Assembly (NCBI GenBank): GCA_965198065.1
Contig: CBDAON010000004.1
Coordinates: 1,056,001-1,120,000, forward strand
Origin: Longimicrobiales bacterium
GTDB lineage: Bacteria > Gemmatimonadota > Gemmatimonadetes > Longimicrobiales > Gaopeijiaceae
Length of the DNA: 64,000 nt
Direction of reading: 5' to 3'
This document shows positions 1-9,513 of this stretch, piece by piece; position 1 is the stretch's first letter; each line of letters begins with the position of its first letter. The notes beneath the pieces were generated by a model, which was not told where the DNA came from, searched no databases, and saw only the letters and a program-made list of their open reading frames with translations. The translations under genes were made by a program, and so were the position numbers.

Positions 1-585
1 CTCCGGCCGGACGGGAAGGAGCCGTCTCGCGACGGGAGGAGTGGAGAGCGCCGAGCGGAACTCCGACGATACCACCCAGGCCGCGTCGAGCTCGGAGGAC
101 TCGAATCGCTCCCTCAGCGCTCCGACGACCCGCTCCGCGTCCTCCGGCGAAGGGGCGTCCCCGATGTCCGTCCAGGTCCGCGCGAGCGGCTCCCCCTGGA
201 AGCGGAAGAAGGCGACTCCCTTCCTTCCGGCGACGTGGAGCTCTGTCTCGACCCCCTTGCCCCGGAGCTCCCGGAGAAGCTCACGGGCCCTCCGAATGAG
301 GTTCACGTTGAAGCCCCCAGCGAGCCCGCGGTTCGCAGTCAGGAGGAGGACGGCGGCTCTCCGGGTCTCCTCCGGGTCCCGGAGCAGGGGGAAGCGCTCC
401 ACGAGCGAGAGGTCGTAGAGGCTCCGTACGATCTCCTCGAGCGCGTCGCCGTAGGGGCGCACAGCGTATACGCGGTCGGTGGCCTTCTTCAGCTTGGAAG
501 TGGCCACCATCTCCATCGTCCGGGTGATCTGCCGCGTGTTCTCGACGGAGCGGATCCGTCGTCTAACCTCTCGGGCCTGCGACAC
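1..585 (-). CDS. atpG: ATP synthase F1 gamma subunit (5' part; runs off window edge)
   Basis: Not in the ORF track. Manual translation from GTG at 585 gives (M)SQAREVRRRIRSVENTRQITRTMEMVATSKLKKA, the conserved gamma N-terminus. Purine-rich RBS upstream; follows atpA. Confidence 0.95.
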   Translation of the reverse strand, partial: MSQAREVRRRIRSVENTRQITRTMEMVATSKLKKATDRVYAVRPYGDALEEIVRSLYDLSLVERFPLLRDPEETRRAAVLLLTANRGLAGGFNVNLIRRARELLRELRGKGVETELHVAGRKGVAFFRFQGEPLARTWTDIGDAPSPEDAERVVGALRERFESSELDAAWVVSSEFRSALSTPPVARRLLPVRPE

Positions 586-669
586 GCCTCGTCCCCTCTC
601 TTCCTTTGTTGACTCCCGCCCCGCGGGGCCGCCGTGGCGCTCGCCTCGGCGCTCCGTGAGGGCTTCGGC

Positions 670-2232
670 TCAGCCGGCCGTGGCGGCTTCCAGCTCGGCC
701 AGGAAGCGGGCGTTGAAGTCTTCCAGCGCTCCCTTGAGCTTCCCCTCCAGCTCTTCCGTCAGGACCTTCTCGGCGCGAAGTCCGGAGAGGATCTCGGGAC
801 CCTCGGCGTCCAGATACTCAAAGAAGGCCCGCTCCCAGTCCCCGACCCGCTCCACGGGGATCTTGTCCACGTGCCCGTTCGTGACCGCATAGATCGAGAC
901 CACCTGCTTCTCCACCGGCACCGGGGCATACTGCGGCTGCTTCAGGATCTCCACCGTCCGGGCGCCCCGCGCGAGCTGCCGCTGTGTCGCGGCGTCCAGG
1001 TCCGAGCCGAATTGGGCGAAGGCCTCGAGCTCCCGGTACTGGGCCAGGTCCAGACGAAGGCTCCCGGCCACCTTCTTCATCGCCTTGATCTGCGCGGCCC
1101 CTCCGACGCGCGATACCGAGATCCCCACGTTCACGGCCGGCCGCACGCCCTGGTGAAACAGGTCCAGCTCCAAGTAGATCTGCCCGTCCGTGATCGAGAT
1201 CACGTTCGTCGGGATGTAGGTCAATTCTCCGGCCTGCGTCTCGATTATCGGGAGGGCCGTGAGCGAGCCGCCCCCGTGCGCAGGGGAGAGCTTCGCCGCC
1301 CTCTCTAGGAGGCGGGAGTGGAGGTAGAAGACGTCGCCCGGGTACGCCTCTCGTCCGGGAGGACGGCGAAGGACGAGGGAGAGCTGGCGGTACGCTTGCG
1401 CCTGCTTTGTCAGGTCGTCGTAGATCACGAGCGCGTGCTTCCCCTGCCACATGAAGTGCTCCGCGAGGGCCGTGGCCGAGTACGGAGCGATGTACTGCAT
1501 CGGCGCGGGATCCGCTGCGCTCGTGGTCATCACGATCGTGTACTCCAGCGCCCCGGCCTCGCGGAGCGTCTCCACGACCGCCGCCACCCTTCCGGCCCGC
1601 TGCCCGATCGCGCAGTAGACGCAGATCACGTCCGTATCCTTCTGGTTCAGGATCGTGTCCACGGTGATCGCCGTCTTTCCGGTGGAACGGTCGCCGATGA
1701 TGAGCTCGCGCTGGCCGCGGCCGATGGGGGTCATGGAGTCGATCGCCTTGATCCCGGTCTGGAGGGGCTGGTTCACGGGCTCGCGGAGCACGATCCCCGG
1801 GGCCACGATGTCGATCATCCGGGACCCCTCCAGAGGGTCGATCGGACCCTTGGCGTCCACCGGGTTTCCGAGGGGGTCCACGACCCGCCCGAGGTACCCA
1901 CTCCCCACGGGGACCTCAAGCACGCGCCCCGTGCGCCGAACCTGGTCTCCCTCCTCCAGCCTGAGCCAGTCCCCCAGGATCACGGCACCGATGTTGTCCT
2001 CCTCGAGGTTCAGGGCGAGCGCGGTCACGGGCTCGCCGCCCTCGGAGGGGGTGATCTCCAGCATCTCGCTGACCATCGCGTTGGTGAGGCCGTAAATGCG
2101 TGCGATGCCGTCCTTGACCTCGAGAACCTCGCCGACGTCCTCGGCCTGGAGATCCTCCTCGTAGTTCTCGATGGCGTTGAGGAGCACGCCCTTGATCTCG
2201 CTGGCCCGGAGCTGAGTGTCCGAGTTAGCCAT
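670..2232 (-). CDS. atpA: ATP synthase F1 alpha subunit
   Basis: [26 protein letters not shown] (Walker A), [34 protein letters not shown]. Confidence 0.99.
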   Translation of the reverse strand: MANSDTQLRASEIKGVLLNAIENYEEDLQAEDVGEVLEVKDGIARIYGLTNAMVSEMLEITPSEGGEPVTALALNLEEDNIGAVILGDWLRLEEGDQVRRTGRVLEVPVGSGYLGRVVDPLGNPVDAKGPIDPLEGSRMIDIVAPGIVLREPVNQPLQTGIKAIDSMTPIGRGQRELIIGDRSTGKTAITVDTILNQKDTDVICVYCAIGQRAGRVAAVVETLREAGALEYTIVMTTSAADPAPMQYIAPYSATALAEHFMWQGKHALVIYDDLTKQAQAYRQLSLVLRRPPGREAYPGDVFYLHSRLLERAAKLSPAHGGGSLTALPIIETQAGELTYIPTNVISITDGQIYLELDLFHQGVRPAVNVGISVSRVGGAAQIKAMKKVAGSLRLDLAQYRELEAFAQFGSDLDAATQRQLARGARTVEILKQPQYAPVPVEKQVVSIYAVTNGHVDKIPVERVGDWERAFFEYLDAEGPEILSGLRAEKVLTEELEGKLKGALEDFNARFLAELEAATAG

Positions 2233-2271
2233 GGTTGTGCAGTCCTTGCGCGGCTGTCCTGACGCCTCGTG

Positions 2272-2826
2272 TTAGTCCGTAGACACCTGGGCAGCGAGTA
2301 GCCGCCGCCTGAGTTGGGCCATCCGGCGGCGCAGGGAGCCGTCGAAGACCGTGTCGCCGCTCCGGAAGACGATTCCGCCCAGTAGCTCCGGGACGACCCG
2401 CACGTGCGGGATCACCTCCCTGCCGACGAGCCGGGAGAGCCTCTCCTTAACCCCTTCGAGCATGGCAGGCTCCGGCTCGCGGGCGAGCGACACCTCCACG
2501 TGCGCGCGGCCGAGCCGCTCGTCCACGAGGAGCTGGTATTCGCGGTTCATGGAACGAAGGAGCCGCTGCCGCCGCTTGTCGATTGTGAGGAGCAGGAAGT
2601 TCAGGACGGGCCCAGGTACTCTCCCCGAGAGCCCCTCCCTGAGGACCTTCTGCTTCTCCTCTCGTTCGATCCTGGGGGTCTCCAGGAAGAGCCTGAGGTC
2701 GGGGTGCTCGCCCAGGAGCCTCGCGATCCCCTGGAGCGCCTCGGCGAACTCCAGGGTCCTCCCGTCGCGCTCGGCCAGCTCGAACAGAGCCTGGGCGTAG
2801 CTTCGGGCGACGATCTGCCCCTGCAC
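2272..2826 (-). CDS. atpH: ATP synthase F1 delta subunit
   Basis: VARSYAQALFELA N-terminus, LLGG...GDTVFDGS C-terminus; lies between atpF and atpA. Confidence 0.96.
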   Translation of the reverse strand: MQGQIVARSYAQALFELAERDGRTLEFAEALQGIARLLGEHPDLRLFLETPRIEREEKQKVLREGLSGRVPGPVLNFLLLTIDKRRQRLLRSMNREYQLLVDERLGRAHVEVSLAREPEPAMLEGVKERLSRLVGREVIPHVRVVPELLGGIVFRSGDTVFDGSLRRRMAQLRRRLLAAQVSTD

Positions 2827-2828
2827 GC

Positions 2829-3326
2829 TTAGGCCTCCGCCGACTTACGGTCCACTTCCCGCAGGTACTCCTCGACCAGCGCCCGGTCGGCCTGGGCGTC
2901 GAGGTTTCGCCTGAGGAGCTTGGACGCCGCCGAGAGGGCGAGATCGACCGACTCCGTCCGGAGTGTGTCCAGCGCCTGATCCTTCTCCCGCTCGATCTCG
3001 CTCCGCGCCCGGTCGAGCATGCGTTCGCCCTCCTCGCGGGCCTTGGCCTCGATCTCTCCCCGTAGACGCTCGCCCGCCTCCCTGGCTCCGGCTACGATCC
3101 CCTGAGCCTGCCTCCGCGCCTCGGCCATCTGCTCCCGGTGCTGAGCCAGGAGCTTGGTGGCCTCGGCCCGTTCGGCGGCGGCCTGGTCCAGGGTGCCCTG
3201 GATTCCCTTCTCCCGCGCCTCAACGGCCGCGAGGATCGGCCCCCACGCGAACTTCCAGAGGATCGCGAGCAGCGCAACAAACACGATGCTCGTCCAGACG
3301 AAGAGCCCAAAGTTCAAGTCGAACAA
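2829..3326 (-). CDS. atpF: ATP synthase Fo subunit b
   Basis: Single N-terminal TM helix ending LWKFAWGPI, then a long charged coiled coil. TTG start with GGAGG RBS. Confidence 0.96.
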   Translation of the reverse strand: MFDLNFGLFVWTSIVFVALLAILWKFAWGPILAAVEAREKGIQGTLDQAAAERAEATKLLAQHREQMAEARRQAQGIVAGAREAGERLRGEIEAKAREEGERMLDRARSEIEREKDQALDTLRTESVDLALSAASKLLRRNLDAQADRALVEEYLREVDRKSAEA

Positions 3327-3416
3327 CCGTCCTCCTTGTGACTCGGCGACGTGTCCGTCCCACGAGCGACCGAGCGACCCGGATGCGGATCGTCCGCGCG
3401 TCGAGGAACGTGCCCG

Positions 3417-3671
3417 CTATTGGAAAACCAGGAACACCAGACCTAGCCCGAAGAGCGCGGCTCCCTCCACGAGGGCGGCGAAGATGATGGCTGCCGTCTG
3501 GATCTGAGCCGCGGCTTCAGGCTGTCGGGCAATCCCCGACGCAGCAGCGGAACCGATCGGCCCGATCCCGAGGCCGGCTCCGATCACGGCGCCCGCGATA
3601 CCGAGTCCCGCGCCGATGAGACCGGTGTTTCCTCCAGCCGCAACCTCCTGAAGAGCCGTGGGCAAGAGCAT
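3417..3671 (-). CDS. atpE: ATP synthase Fo subunit c (H+-type signature)
   Basis: Gly-rich helix, ARQPE loop, carboxylate in LVEGAALF. Lacks the ES/T...Y Na+-binding signature. Confidence 0.97.
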   Translation of the reverse strand: MLLPTALQEVAAGGNTGLIGAGLGIAGAVIGAGLGIGPIGSAAASGIARQPEAAAQIQTAAIIFAALVEGAALFGLGLVFLVFQ

Positions 3672-3695
3672 CTTTTTTCCTTGTCTACGAGGTGA

Positions 3696-4613
3696 TTAAT
3701 GAGCGTGACGAATGAGCCCGATGAACACGGACGTGAGCATGGCGAAGATGTACGCCTGCAGGAAGGCCACGAAGAGCTCCAGGATCATGAGGACGCTGGC
3801 CAACGCCACGGATCCGACGCCCATCAGGTAGTTCTGGAGCACGAGAATCATGCCCAGGAGCGCCAGGATCAGTGTGTGTCCCGCCGTCATGTTGGCCAGA
3901 AGCCGCACGGCAAGAGCGAAGGGCTTGGTCAGCTTACCCAGGAACTCGACCGGCACGAGGATCGCCACCATGAGGGGCTTCATGAGCGTCGGGACCCCCG
4001 GAGGCAGGAAGAAGATCGTCTTCGCGTACCCTGTCGGTCCCAGCGCCCGGAACCCCGAGATCTCGATGACGATGAAGCTGATCGTGGCGAGCGCCGCGGT
4101 GACGGATAGGTTCGCCGTCGGCGTGACCCCCAGCGGGGTCAGGCCGATCAGGTTCATCCCGAGGATGAAGAAGAAGAGGGTGAGGATGAACGGAGTGTAT
4201 CCATCCGCCCCGTGCCCGATGTTCGGGCGGACCACCTCGTCCCTGAAGTAGAGGATCATCGCCTCCATGGAGTTGGCGAAGCCGCCTGGCGCTTTCTCCA
4301 CGCCCCTCGAGCGGATCATTCGTGCCACCGGGATGAAGACCACGGCCAGGAACGCCGCCACGAGCAGCATCACCACCAGATGCCGGGTCGGGGAGAGATC
4401 GAGGGTGAGGCCCCCGAGCTGGATCGGCTCGATGGCCAGCCCGTGCAGATCCAGGTGAAGGCCGGCAAACTCGATGACGTAGTCGTCGCCGATGTGGTGC
4501 GAGATCCAGTCGGGGAGCCCTTCCATGGTGAGCGGCTCATCGGCCTCCGCGCCGAGAGCGGCTTCCTGGGTCACTTCGACGGCCTGCTCCTGCAGCGCTC
4601 GGATCCGATTCAT
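3696..4613 (-). CDS. atpB: ATP synthase Fo subunit a
   Basis: PFALAVRLLANMTAGH and FLQAYIFAMLT. Start placed at ATG 4613, which overlaps the upstream stop (ATGA). Confidence 0.96.
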   Translation of the reverse strand: MNRIRALQEQAVEVTQEAALGAEADEPLTMEGLPDWISHHIGDDYVIEFAGLHLDLHGLAIEPIQLGGLTLDLSPTRHLVVMLLVAAFLAVVFIPVARMIRSRGVEKAPGGFANSMEAMILYFRDEVVRPNIGHGADGYTPFILTLFFFILGMNLIGLTPLGVTPTANLSVTAALATISFIVIEISGFRALGPTGYAKTIFFLPPGVPTLMKPLMVAILVPVEFLGKLTKPFALAVRLLANMTAGHTLILALLGMILVLQNYLMGVGSVALASVLMILELFVAFLQAYIFAMLTSVFIGLIRHAH

Positions 4614-4984
4614 GCCGGGGTCTCCACGCCCAGTCGACCCTTCAGGAACACCGGCTCCAGGAGGAGCAGCACGAAGAAGAATCCTACTAGGGACAGCACC
4701 AGCGACGCGCGTGCCTCCCGCTCGAGGCCAGACGAAAGAACCCCGACCACCACGACCACGAGGAATCTGAGCGCGATTCCGGCGCCCCACCAGGCGAAGA
4801 ACCGGGTGACGTCACCCCGCGCTCCCTGGAGCAAGCCGAAGGCCAGGACCTGAACCGGCACGGCGATCCCCGCCGCCAAGAGCACTCCCGTCCGTCCCAC
4901 TTCATCCAGGAGTGCAAGGAGAGCCGCCGAGCCGATGCCGACCACCAGGAGCGAGATCAGGGCGTACCGGACGACGGCGTTCAA
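4610..4984 (-). CDS. ATP synthase protein I-like membrane protein (about 4 TM)
   Basis: Hydrophobic 124 aa ORF with 4-bp overlaps to both neighbours, directly before atpB. Confidence 0.75.
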   Translation of the reverse strand: MNAVVRYALISLLVVGIGSAALLALLDEVGRTGVLLAAGIAVPVQVLAFGLLQGARGDVTRFFAWWGAGIALRFLVVVVVGVLSSGLEREARASLVLSLVGFFFVLLLLEPVFLKGRLGVETPA

Positions 4985-5256
4985 TCCTTCCCGCTCCGCT
5001 TCGAGTCCCGCTCTCGTTCCACGCGCGGCCGAATCACCAGCTGCAGGTAGATGCTGTAGAAGCCCGCGGCACCTCCGAGCGCCATCCCGAGGAGCGTGAG
5101 AGCCGCATGGGCGCCTATCCGCTCACCGATCTCCGACCCAATCCATCCGAAAAGGGCGACCGAGGCCGCCAACGCCATCCCGTGACCCAAGTACCGGGAA
5201 GAGGCTCGAACAACGTCCGCGCCTTCGAGTCGCCCCGGATCTTTGGGCTCCGGCAT
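4981..5256 (-). CDS. AtpZ/AtpI family 2-TM protein
   Basis: Two TM helices (YLGHGMALAASVALFGWIG...TLLGMALGGAAGFYSIY); first gene of the atp operon; ATG 5256 with a GAGGG RBS. Confidence 0.8.
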   Translation of the reverse strand: MPEPKDPGRLEGADVVRASSRYLGHGMALAASVALFGWIGSEIGERIGAHAALTLLGMALGGAAGFYSIYLQLVIRPRVERERDSKRSGKD

Positions 5257-5305
5257 CGCCTGAAATCCCTCTCGGACGGCCTCGCCGACCGGCTTACAGC
5301 CGGAA

Positions 5306-5334
5306 AACTTAGAGGCTTGTGAAAAATCGCGCAA
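5306..5334 (-). promoter_or_regulatory. Putative sigma-70 promoter of the atp operon, overlapped by a Rex-like operator
   Basis: Minus strand TTGCGC-N17-TAAGTT. Plus strand 5317-5334 TTGTGAAAAATCGCGCAA partly matches the Rex box TTGTGAA-N4-TTCACAA. Confidence 0.55.
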
Positions 5335-5543
5335 GCGAGCCCGGAGCTCTCGGCGGCAGGCGGGCGACCCACCACGGGGGCCCTCACGGGGGTGGGGTTA
5401 GGAGTCATCTGAGGGTGGCTGTTCCTGGGGGGCCGGGGCCCGCCTTCACCCCCCCTTGGCACCGTCCGCGCGGCGGTCGTATCCTTCCAAAGGTTCGCGC
5501 ACGAGTGCGGTGGCGAAAGGTACCCCGAGCGGAGGAAGGTACG

Positions 5544-6557
5544 TTGGCCGACGGATTGGCGGTCAAGGATAGGGATCTGGAGCTGCTCGAGGACGTCGCC
5601 CGGGTGGCGGAACAGCTCCGGGCCGAGGTCGGGCGGCGGGTCGTCGGGCAGCTCGAGATCGTGGAAGGTTTGCTCCTGGCGCTCCTGGCGAACGGGCACG
5701 TGCTCTTGGTCGGCGTCCCAGGCCTCGCGAAGACGCTCCTCATTTCGACGCTCGCGGAGGCCCTGGATCTGGAGTTCCAGCGTATCCAGTTCACCCCGGA
5801 CCTGATGCCTACCGACATCACGGGCACCGAGGTCATCGAGGAGGATCGGACGACCGGTCGGCGGGTGTTCCGGTTCGTGCCGGGACCGGTCTTCGCGAAC
5901 GTGGTCCTCGCCGACGAGATCAATCGTACACCCCCGAAGACCCAGGCCGCGCTCCTCCAGGCCATGCAGGAGCACGCCGTGACGGCCGCCGGCGAGACGC
6001 ATGCACTCCCGTCGCCGTTCTTCGTGCTCGCGACCCAGAACCCCATCGAGCAGGAAGGGACGTACCCGCTTCCCGAAGCTCAGCTGGACCGCTTCATGTT
6101 CGAGCTCCGGATCACCTATCCATCCCGGGAGGAGGAGGAGCAGGTCGCCCTCCAGACCACTGGGGAGATGCTTCCGGAGGTACGTCCGCTCGTGACGGCC
6201 GAGCGTCTTCTCGAGCTTCAGCAACTGGTCCGCCGTGTGCCGGTCGCCCCGTCCGTGGTTTCCCTTGCCGTCCGTCTGGCGAGGGCCACGCGTCCGAACG
6301 AGGAGGAGGCTCCGGACATGATTCGTCGATACGTGGGGTGGGGCGCCGGACCACGCGCATCCCAGTACCTGGTCCTAGGAGCCAAGGCGCGCGCCGCGCT
6401 CCGTGGGGAGCCGGTCCCCAACTTCGAGGACGTCCGGGCGGCCGCGCGTTCGGTCCTGGCCCACCGGATCGTCCCCAGCTTCGAGGCGGAGGCAGACGGG
6501 ATATCGGCCCGCCAAGTAGTCGACGAGCTCCTGAAAGAGAGCCGCGAGTGGACCTGA
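5544..6557 (+). CDS. MoxR family AAA+ ATPase
   Basis: GVPGLAKT, RIQFTPDLMPTDITG, LADEINRTPPKTQAALL, ATQNPIEQEGTYPLPEAQLDRF. TTG 5544 follows a GGAGG RBS. Confidence 0.95.
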   Translation: MADGLAVKDRDLELLEDVARVAEQLRAEVGRRVVGQLEIVEGLLLALLANGHVLLVGVPGLAKTLLISTLAEALDLEFQRIQFTPDLMPTDITGTEVIEEDRTTGRRVFRFVPGPVFANVVLADEINRTPPKTQAALLQAMQEHAVTAAGETHALPSPFFVLATQNPIEQEGTYPLPEAQLDRFMFELRITYPSREEEEQVALQTTGEMLPEVRPLVTAERLLELQQLVRRVPVAPSVVSLAVRLARATRPNEEEAPDMIRRYVGWGAGPRASQYLVLGAKARAALRGEPVPNFEDVRAAARSVLAHRIVPSFEAEADGISARQVVDELLKESREWT

Positions 6558-6606
6558 GTCAAGGTAGTCCGCCCGGAGAAGACCAACCTCCGAGTAGGAC
6601 GACTCG

Positions 6607-7860
6607 ATGAACGGCCTCCTCCTTCCGGGAGTGGGGCTCGTTCTCCTTCTTTCCGCTCTGCTCTCGACCGCTGAGCTCACCGCGTTCGGCCTGAGCGCCT
6701 CCCGTCTCCGCACCCTGCTCGACGAGGGGTTTCGGGGCGCCGAGAGCCTAAGGCGGGTGCAGGAGAGAGCGGGCTCGCTCCGCCCGGCGATGTCCCTTGC
6801 GAGCGCGGCCCTGAACCTCGTCGCCGCGGGGGCCCTCGTCGGTCTCGTCGTGAGCCGCTGGGGGGCCCTCTCGCTCCTCCTAGCCGTACCGGTCGTGGCC
6901 GCGGGCATCCTCACCCTGTGCCAGGGAGTGCCGCGGCTCCTGGCCAGCCGCCAGTCTATCCGGCTGGCTCTCCTCTCCGCCCCCCCGCTGCTCCTCTTCG
7001 ACCGGGCCCTCCGCCCCGCTCTCCGCCCTCTGCTCGCTCTGGAAGCGCGGCTCCGGCGGGGGAACGGAGACGAGGATCAGTCCACGGAGGCACGGGAGCT
7101 CGAGCAGCTCACGGAGCTCGGCAAGAGGGAAGGTGTCGTGGAGGAGGAGGAGCACGAGCTCGTCGAGCGCGCCTTTCGGATGGACGAGCTGACCGCGTGG
7201 GACATCATGACCCCCCGGGTGGACGTCTTCGCCCTGCGCGACTCTCTCACGCTTGAGGAGGTAGCCCCGGAGCTTCACGCCGCGCCGTACTCGCGGGTCC
7301 CGCTCTACGCGGATTCGATCGACAACGTGACCGGAGTCCTACACGTGCGCGACGCCTACGAAGCCTACGTGGCGGGCCGCCGGACGCTCAGGCTCTCGGA
7401 GCTCGCCCGGGACCCGCTCATCGTTCCCGGCTCGTTGCCCCTCCCTCGGCTGCTCAGGAACTTTCAGGCGAGGCGGCTCCATCTTGGGATTGTGGCGGAC
7501 GAGTTCGGTGGAACGGACGGCCTCGTGACGCTGGAGGACGTGATCGAGGAGCTCGTGGGAGAGATCGAGGACGAGACCGACGTCGCGGAGGAACCGATCC
7601 ACCGGGTCTCCCGGGCGGAGATCGTCGTGGACGGGGGGGTGGAGCTCCGTGAGATCAACATCGCGTTCAACGTGTCCCTTCCCCACCTCGAGCACCGCTC
7701 GCTGAACGGGTACATCCTGGAGGAGCTCGGAAGGGTGCCAGACGTGCGCGAGAAGATCGAGCTTCCGGGCATCGAGATCGAGGTCCTAGAAGCGACCGAG
7801 ACTCAGGTGGTCCGGGCGCGCCTGAAGAAGACGCACGCCGCGACCACCGAGGACGTGTAG
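6607..7860 (+). CDS. Hemolysin-family / CNNM-CBS-CorC domain membrane protein
   Basis: N-terminal TM domain, IMTPRVDV, YSRVPLY, DEFGGTDGLVTLEDVIEELVGEIEDE. Confidence 0.92.
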   Translation: MNGLLLPGVGLVLLLSALLSTAELTAFGLSASRLRTLLDEGFRGAESLRRVQERAGSLRPAMSLASAALNLVAAGALVGLVVSRWGALSLLLAVPVVAAGILTLCQGVPRLLASRQSIRLALLSAPPLLLFDRALRPALRPLLALEARLRRGNGDEDQSTEARELEQLTELGKREGVVEEEEHELVERAFRMDELTAWDIMTPRVDVFALRDSLTLEEVAPELHAAPYSRVPLYADSIDNVTGVLHVRDAYEAYVAGRRTLRLSELARDPLIVPGSLPLPRLLRNFQARRLHLGIVADEFGGTDGLVTLEDVIEELVGEIEDETDVAEEPIHRVSRAEIVVDGGVELREINIAFNVSLPHLEHRSLNGYILEELGRVPDVREKIELPGIEIEVLEATETQVVRARLKKTHAATTEDV

Positions 7861-7874
7861 GGACCCGGACACGC

Positions 7875-8417
7875 GTGGCGCTCCTCCTTCCCTTCGGCGG
7901 ACGACTTCCATCGGTCGCGGACGATGCGTTTCTCGCCCCCACGGCCGTTCTGGTCGGAGACGTCCGCGTGGAGGCAGGCGCGAGCGTCTGGTTCGGAGCC
8001 GTGCTCCGGGGAGACCATCGGGACCACGCGATCGTGGTCGGGGCCGAGGCGAACGTCCAGGACGGTGCCATTCTCCACGTGGGCGACTGGGGCCCCACGG
8101 TCGTGGGGCCCCGGGTCACGATCGGCCACGGCGCAATCCTCGAGTCGTGCCGGATCGGCCGGGGCTCCGTGATCGGGATGAACGCGGTGGTGCTCCAGAA
8201 GGCCGTCATCGGGGAGGAGTGTCTCGTCGCCGCGGGGGCAGTCGTCCCGGAGTCAGCCGAGATCCCGGACAGGAGCGTGGTCGCGGGAGTGCCGGGGAAG
8301 GTCAAGAAGGCGCTCGAGGGCTCGGCCGAGGCGTTCGTTCGCCGAAGCTGGAGGCACTACGTGGAGCTCGCCCGCCGATACCGTGAGGCCGGGCTCGGTG
8401 ACTTCCGCGGAGCTTGA
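7875..8417 (+). CDS. Gamma carbonic anhydrase family (hexapeptide repeat) protein
   Basis: SVWFGAVLRGD, NVQDGAILH, IGHGA, VAGVPGK; left-handed beta-helix repeats. Confidence 0.92.
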   Translation: MALLLPFGGRLPSVADDAFLAPTAVLVGDVRVEAGASVWFGAVLRGDHRDHAIVVGAEANVQDGAILHVGDWGPTVVGPRVTIGHGAILESCRIGRGSVIGMNAVVLQKAVIGEECLVAAGAVVPESAEIPDRSVVAGVPGKVKKALEGSAEAFVRRSWRHYVELARRYREAGLGDFRGA

Positions 8418-8460
8418 GGCGGAACGCGCCGGCAGAAGTGGCGAGCGCCGGAGACGAGCC

Positions 8461-8682
8461 ATGGCGGGGGAGCGGAGGAGCACGGGAGAGGGGCCCCGGG
8501 AGGAGAGGACCGGGTACCGGAGCGGAGATCCCCGGTTCCGACCTCCTGACCCCGAGACGAGCCCTGGCCGGTCCACTGCGTCGGCTCCACGCTGCGACCT
8601 CTGCGGCGCCGAGATGCTCGAGATCCACTGCCGGCTCGTGTGCTTGCAGTGCGGTTACCAGAGGGACTGCTCGGATCCCTGA
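8461..8682 (+). CDS. Small Cys-rich zinc-finger protein (73 aa)
   Basis: C-terminal CDLCG-x6-HC-x3-CLQCGY-x2-DCSDP; ATG at 8461. Confidence 0.7.
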   Translation: MAGERRSTGEGPREERTGYRSGDPRFRPPDPETSPGRSTASAPRCDLCGAEMLEIHCRLVCLQCGYQRDCSDP

Positions 8683-8742
8683 GGAAGGTCGCTAGGGGAT
8701 GCCCGCGCAATTCCCCTGGCCCGGGTGCGGCGAAGGGCATCG

Positions 8743-9513
8743 CTAAGGGCCGAAGGCCCACCCCACGTACCAGCCGACGATCAGGTCCCCCCATCCGAAC
8801 GTCACGGCCGCTCCCGCGGCCAGGAAGATCCCGAATGGGACGAGCTTCCCCGTCTTGAGCGAGATCGGGCCGAAGATGGCGGCCCCGAGGAAGGCGGAGA
8901 GGAAGATCGTCAGGAACACGCCGTCCACCCCGAGGAAGGCTCCGATCATGGCCATCATCTTGATGTCGCCCCCACCCATCGCCTCCTTCTTGAACGCCTT
9001 CTCGCCCGCCCAGGCCACGAGCCAGAGTAGCGCGAACCCGAGGACCGCCCCGTAGACGGCCTGGAGAGTACCGATCGCGGGCGTGAGGGGGGCCAGGGCC
9101 AGCCCCACGACCGTCCCTCCGATGGAGAACTGATCCGGAATGATGTAGGAGCGCGCGTCGCTTACGGCGATCCCCAGGAGGATCGTGAGGAACAGGGCCC
9201 CGCGCAGCGCTTCCACCTCCACTCCATGGAGGAGCACCATGCCTCCCCAGATCAGCCCGGTAGCCAGCTCAACCAGCGGATACTGGATCGAGATCGAGGT
9301 CCCGCACGTACGGCACCGACCCCGGAGCAGGAGCCAGCTGACGACCGGGACGTTGTCGTGCCAGCGGATCCGTTCGCCGCAGCCGGGGCAGCGGGAGGGG
9401 GGCCGGACGACGGACTCGTAGACCGGCTAACGAAGCGCACAGACGTTCAGGAACGAACCGAACGCCAGCCCAAATACGAAGACGGCAGCGGCGGAAAGCC
9501 AGAGATCGGTCAC
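8743..9513 (-). pseudogene. pilD: Prepilin peptidase (A24 family) with in-frame TAG at 9427-9429
   Basis: From GTG 9513 (GTGA overlap with the upstream stop): ...GLAFGSFLNVCALR*PVYESVVRPPSRCPGCG...WHDNVPVVSWLLLRGRCRTCG...YPLVEL, in frame with the 8743-9240 ORF carrying SDARSYIIPD and MGGGDIK. Confidence 0.88.

Noticed and set aside
1..5256. Na+-translocating or N-type ATPase
   Set aside because: Gene order is the standard F-type with delta present, and subunit c lacks the Na+-binding signature.
5457..5471. Possible sigma-54 site upstream of moxR (TGGCAC-N5-GCGC)
   Set aside because: The -12 element lacks TTGC, and the same bases fit a sigma-70 TTGGCA-N18-TATCCT equally well; ambiguous.
9427..9429. 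Genome-wide TAG reassignment or pyrrolysine as the explanation for the pilD amber codon
   Set aside because: TAG is the normal stop of atpE, the CBS protein, thiD, both pilins and sodA. No pyl genes or suppressor tRNA are in the window.
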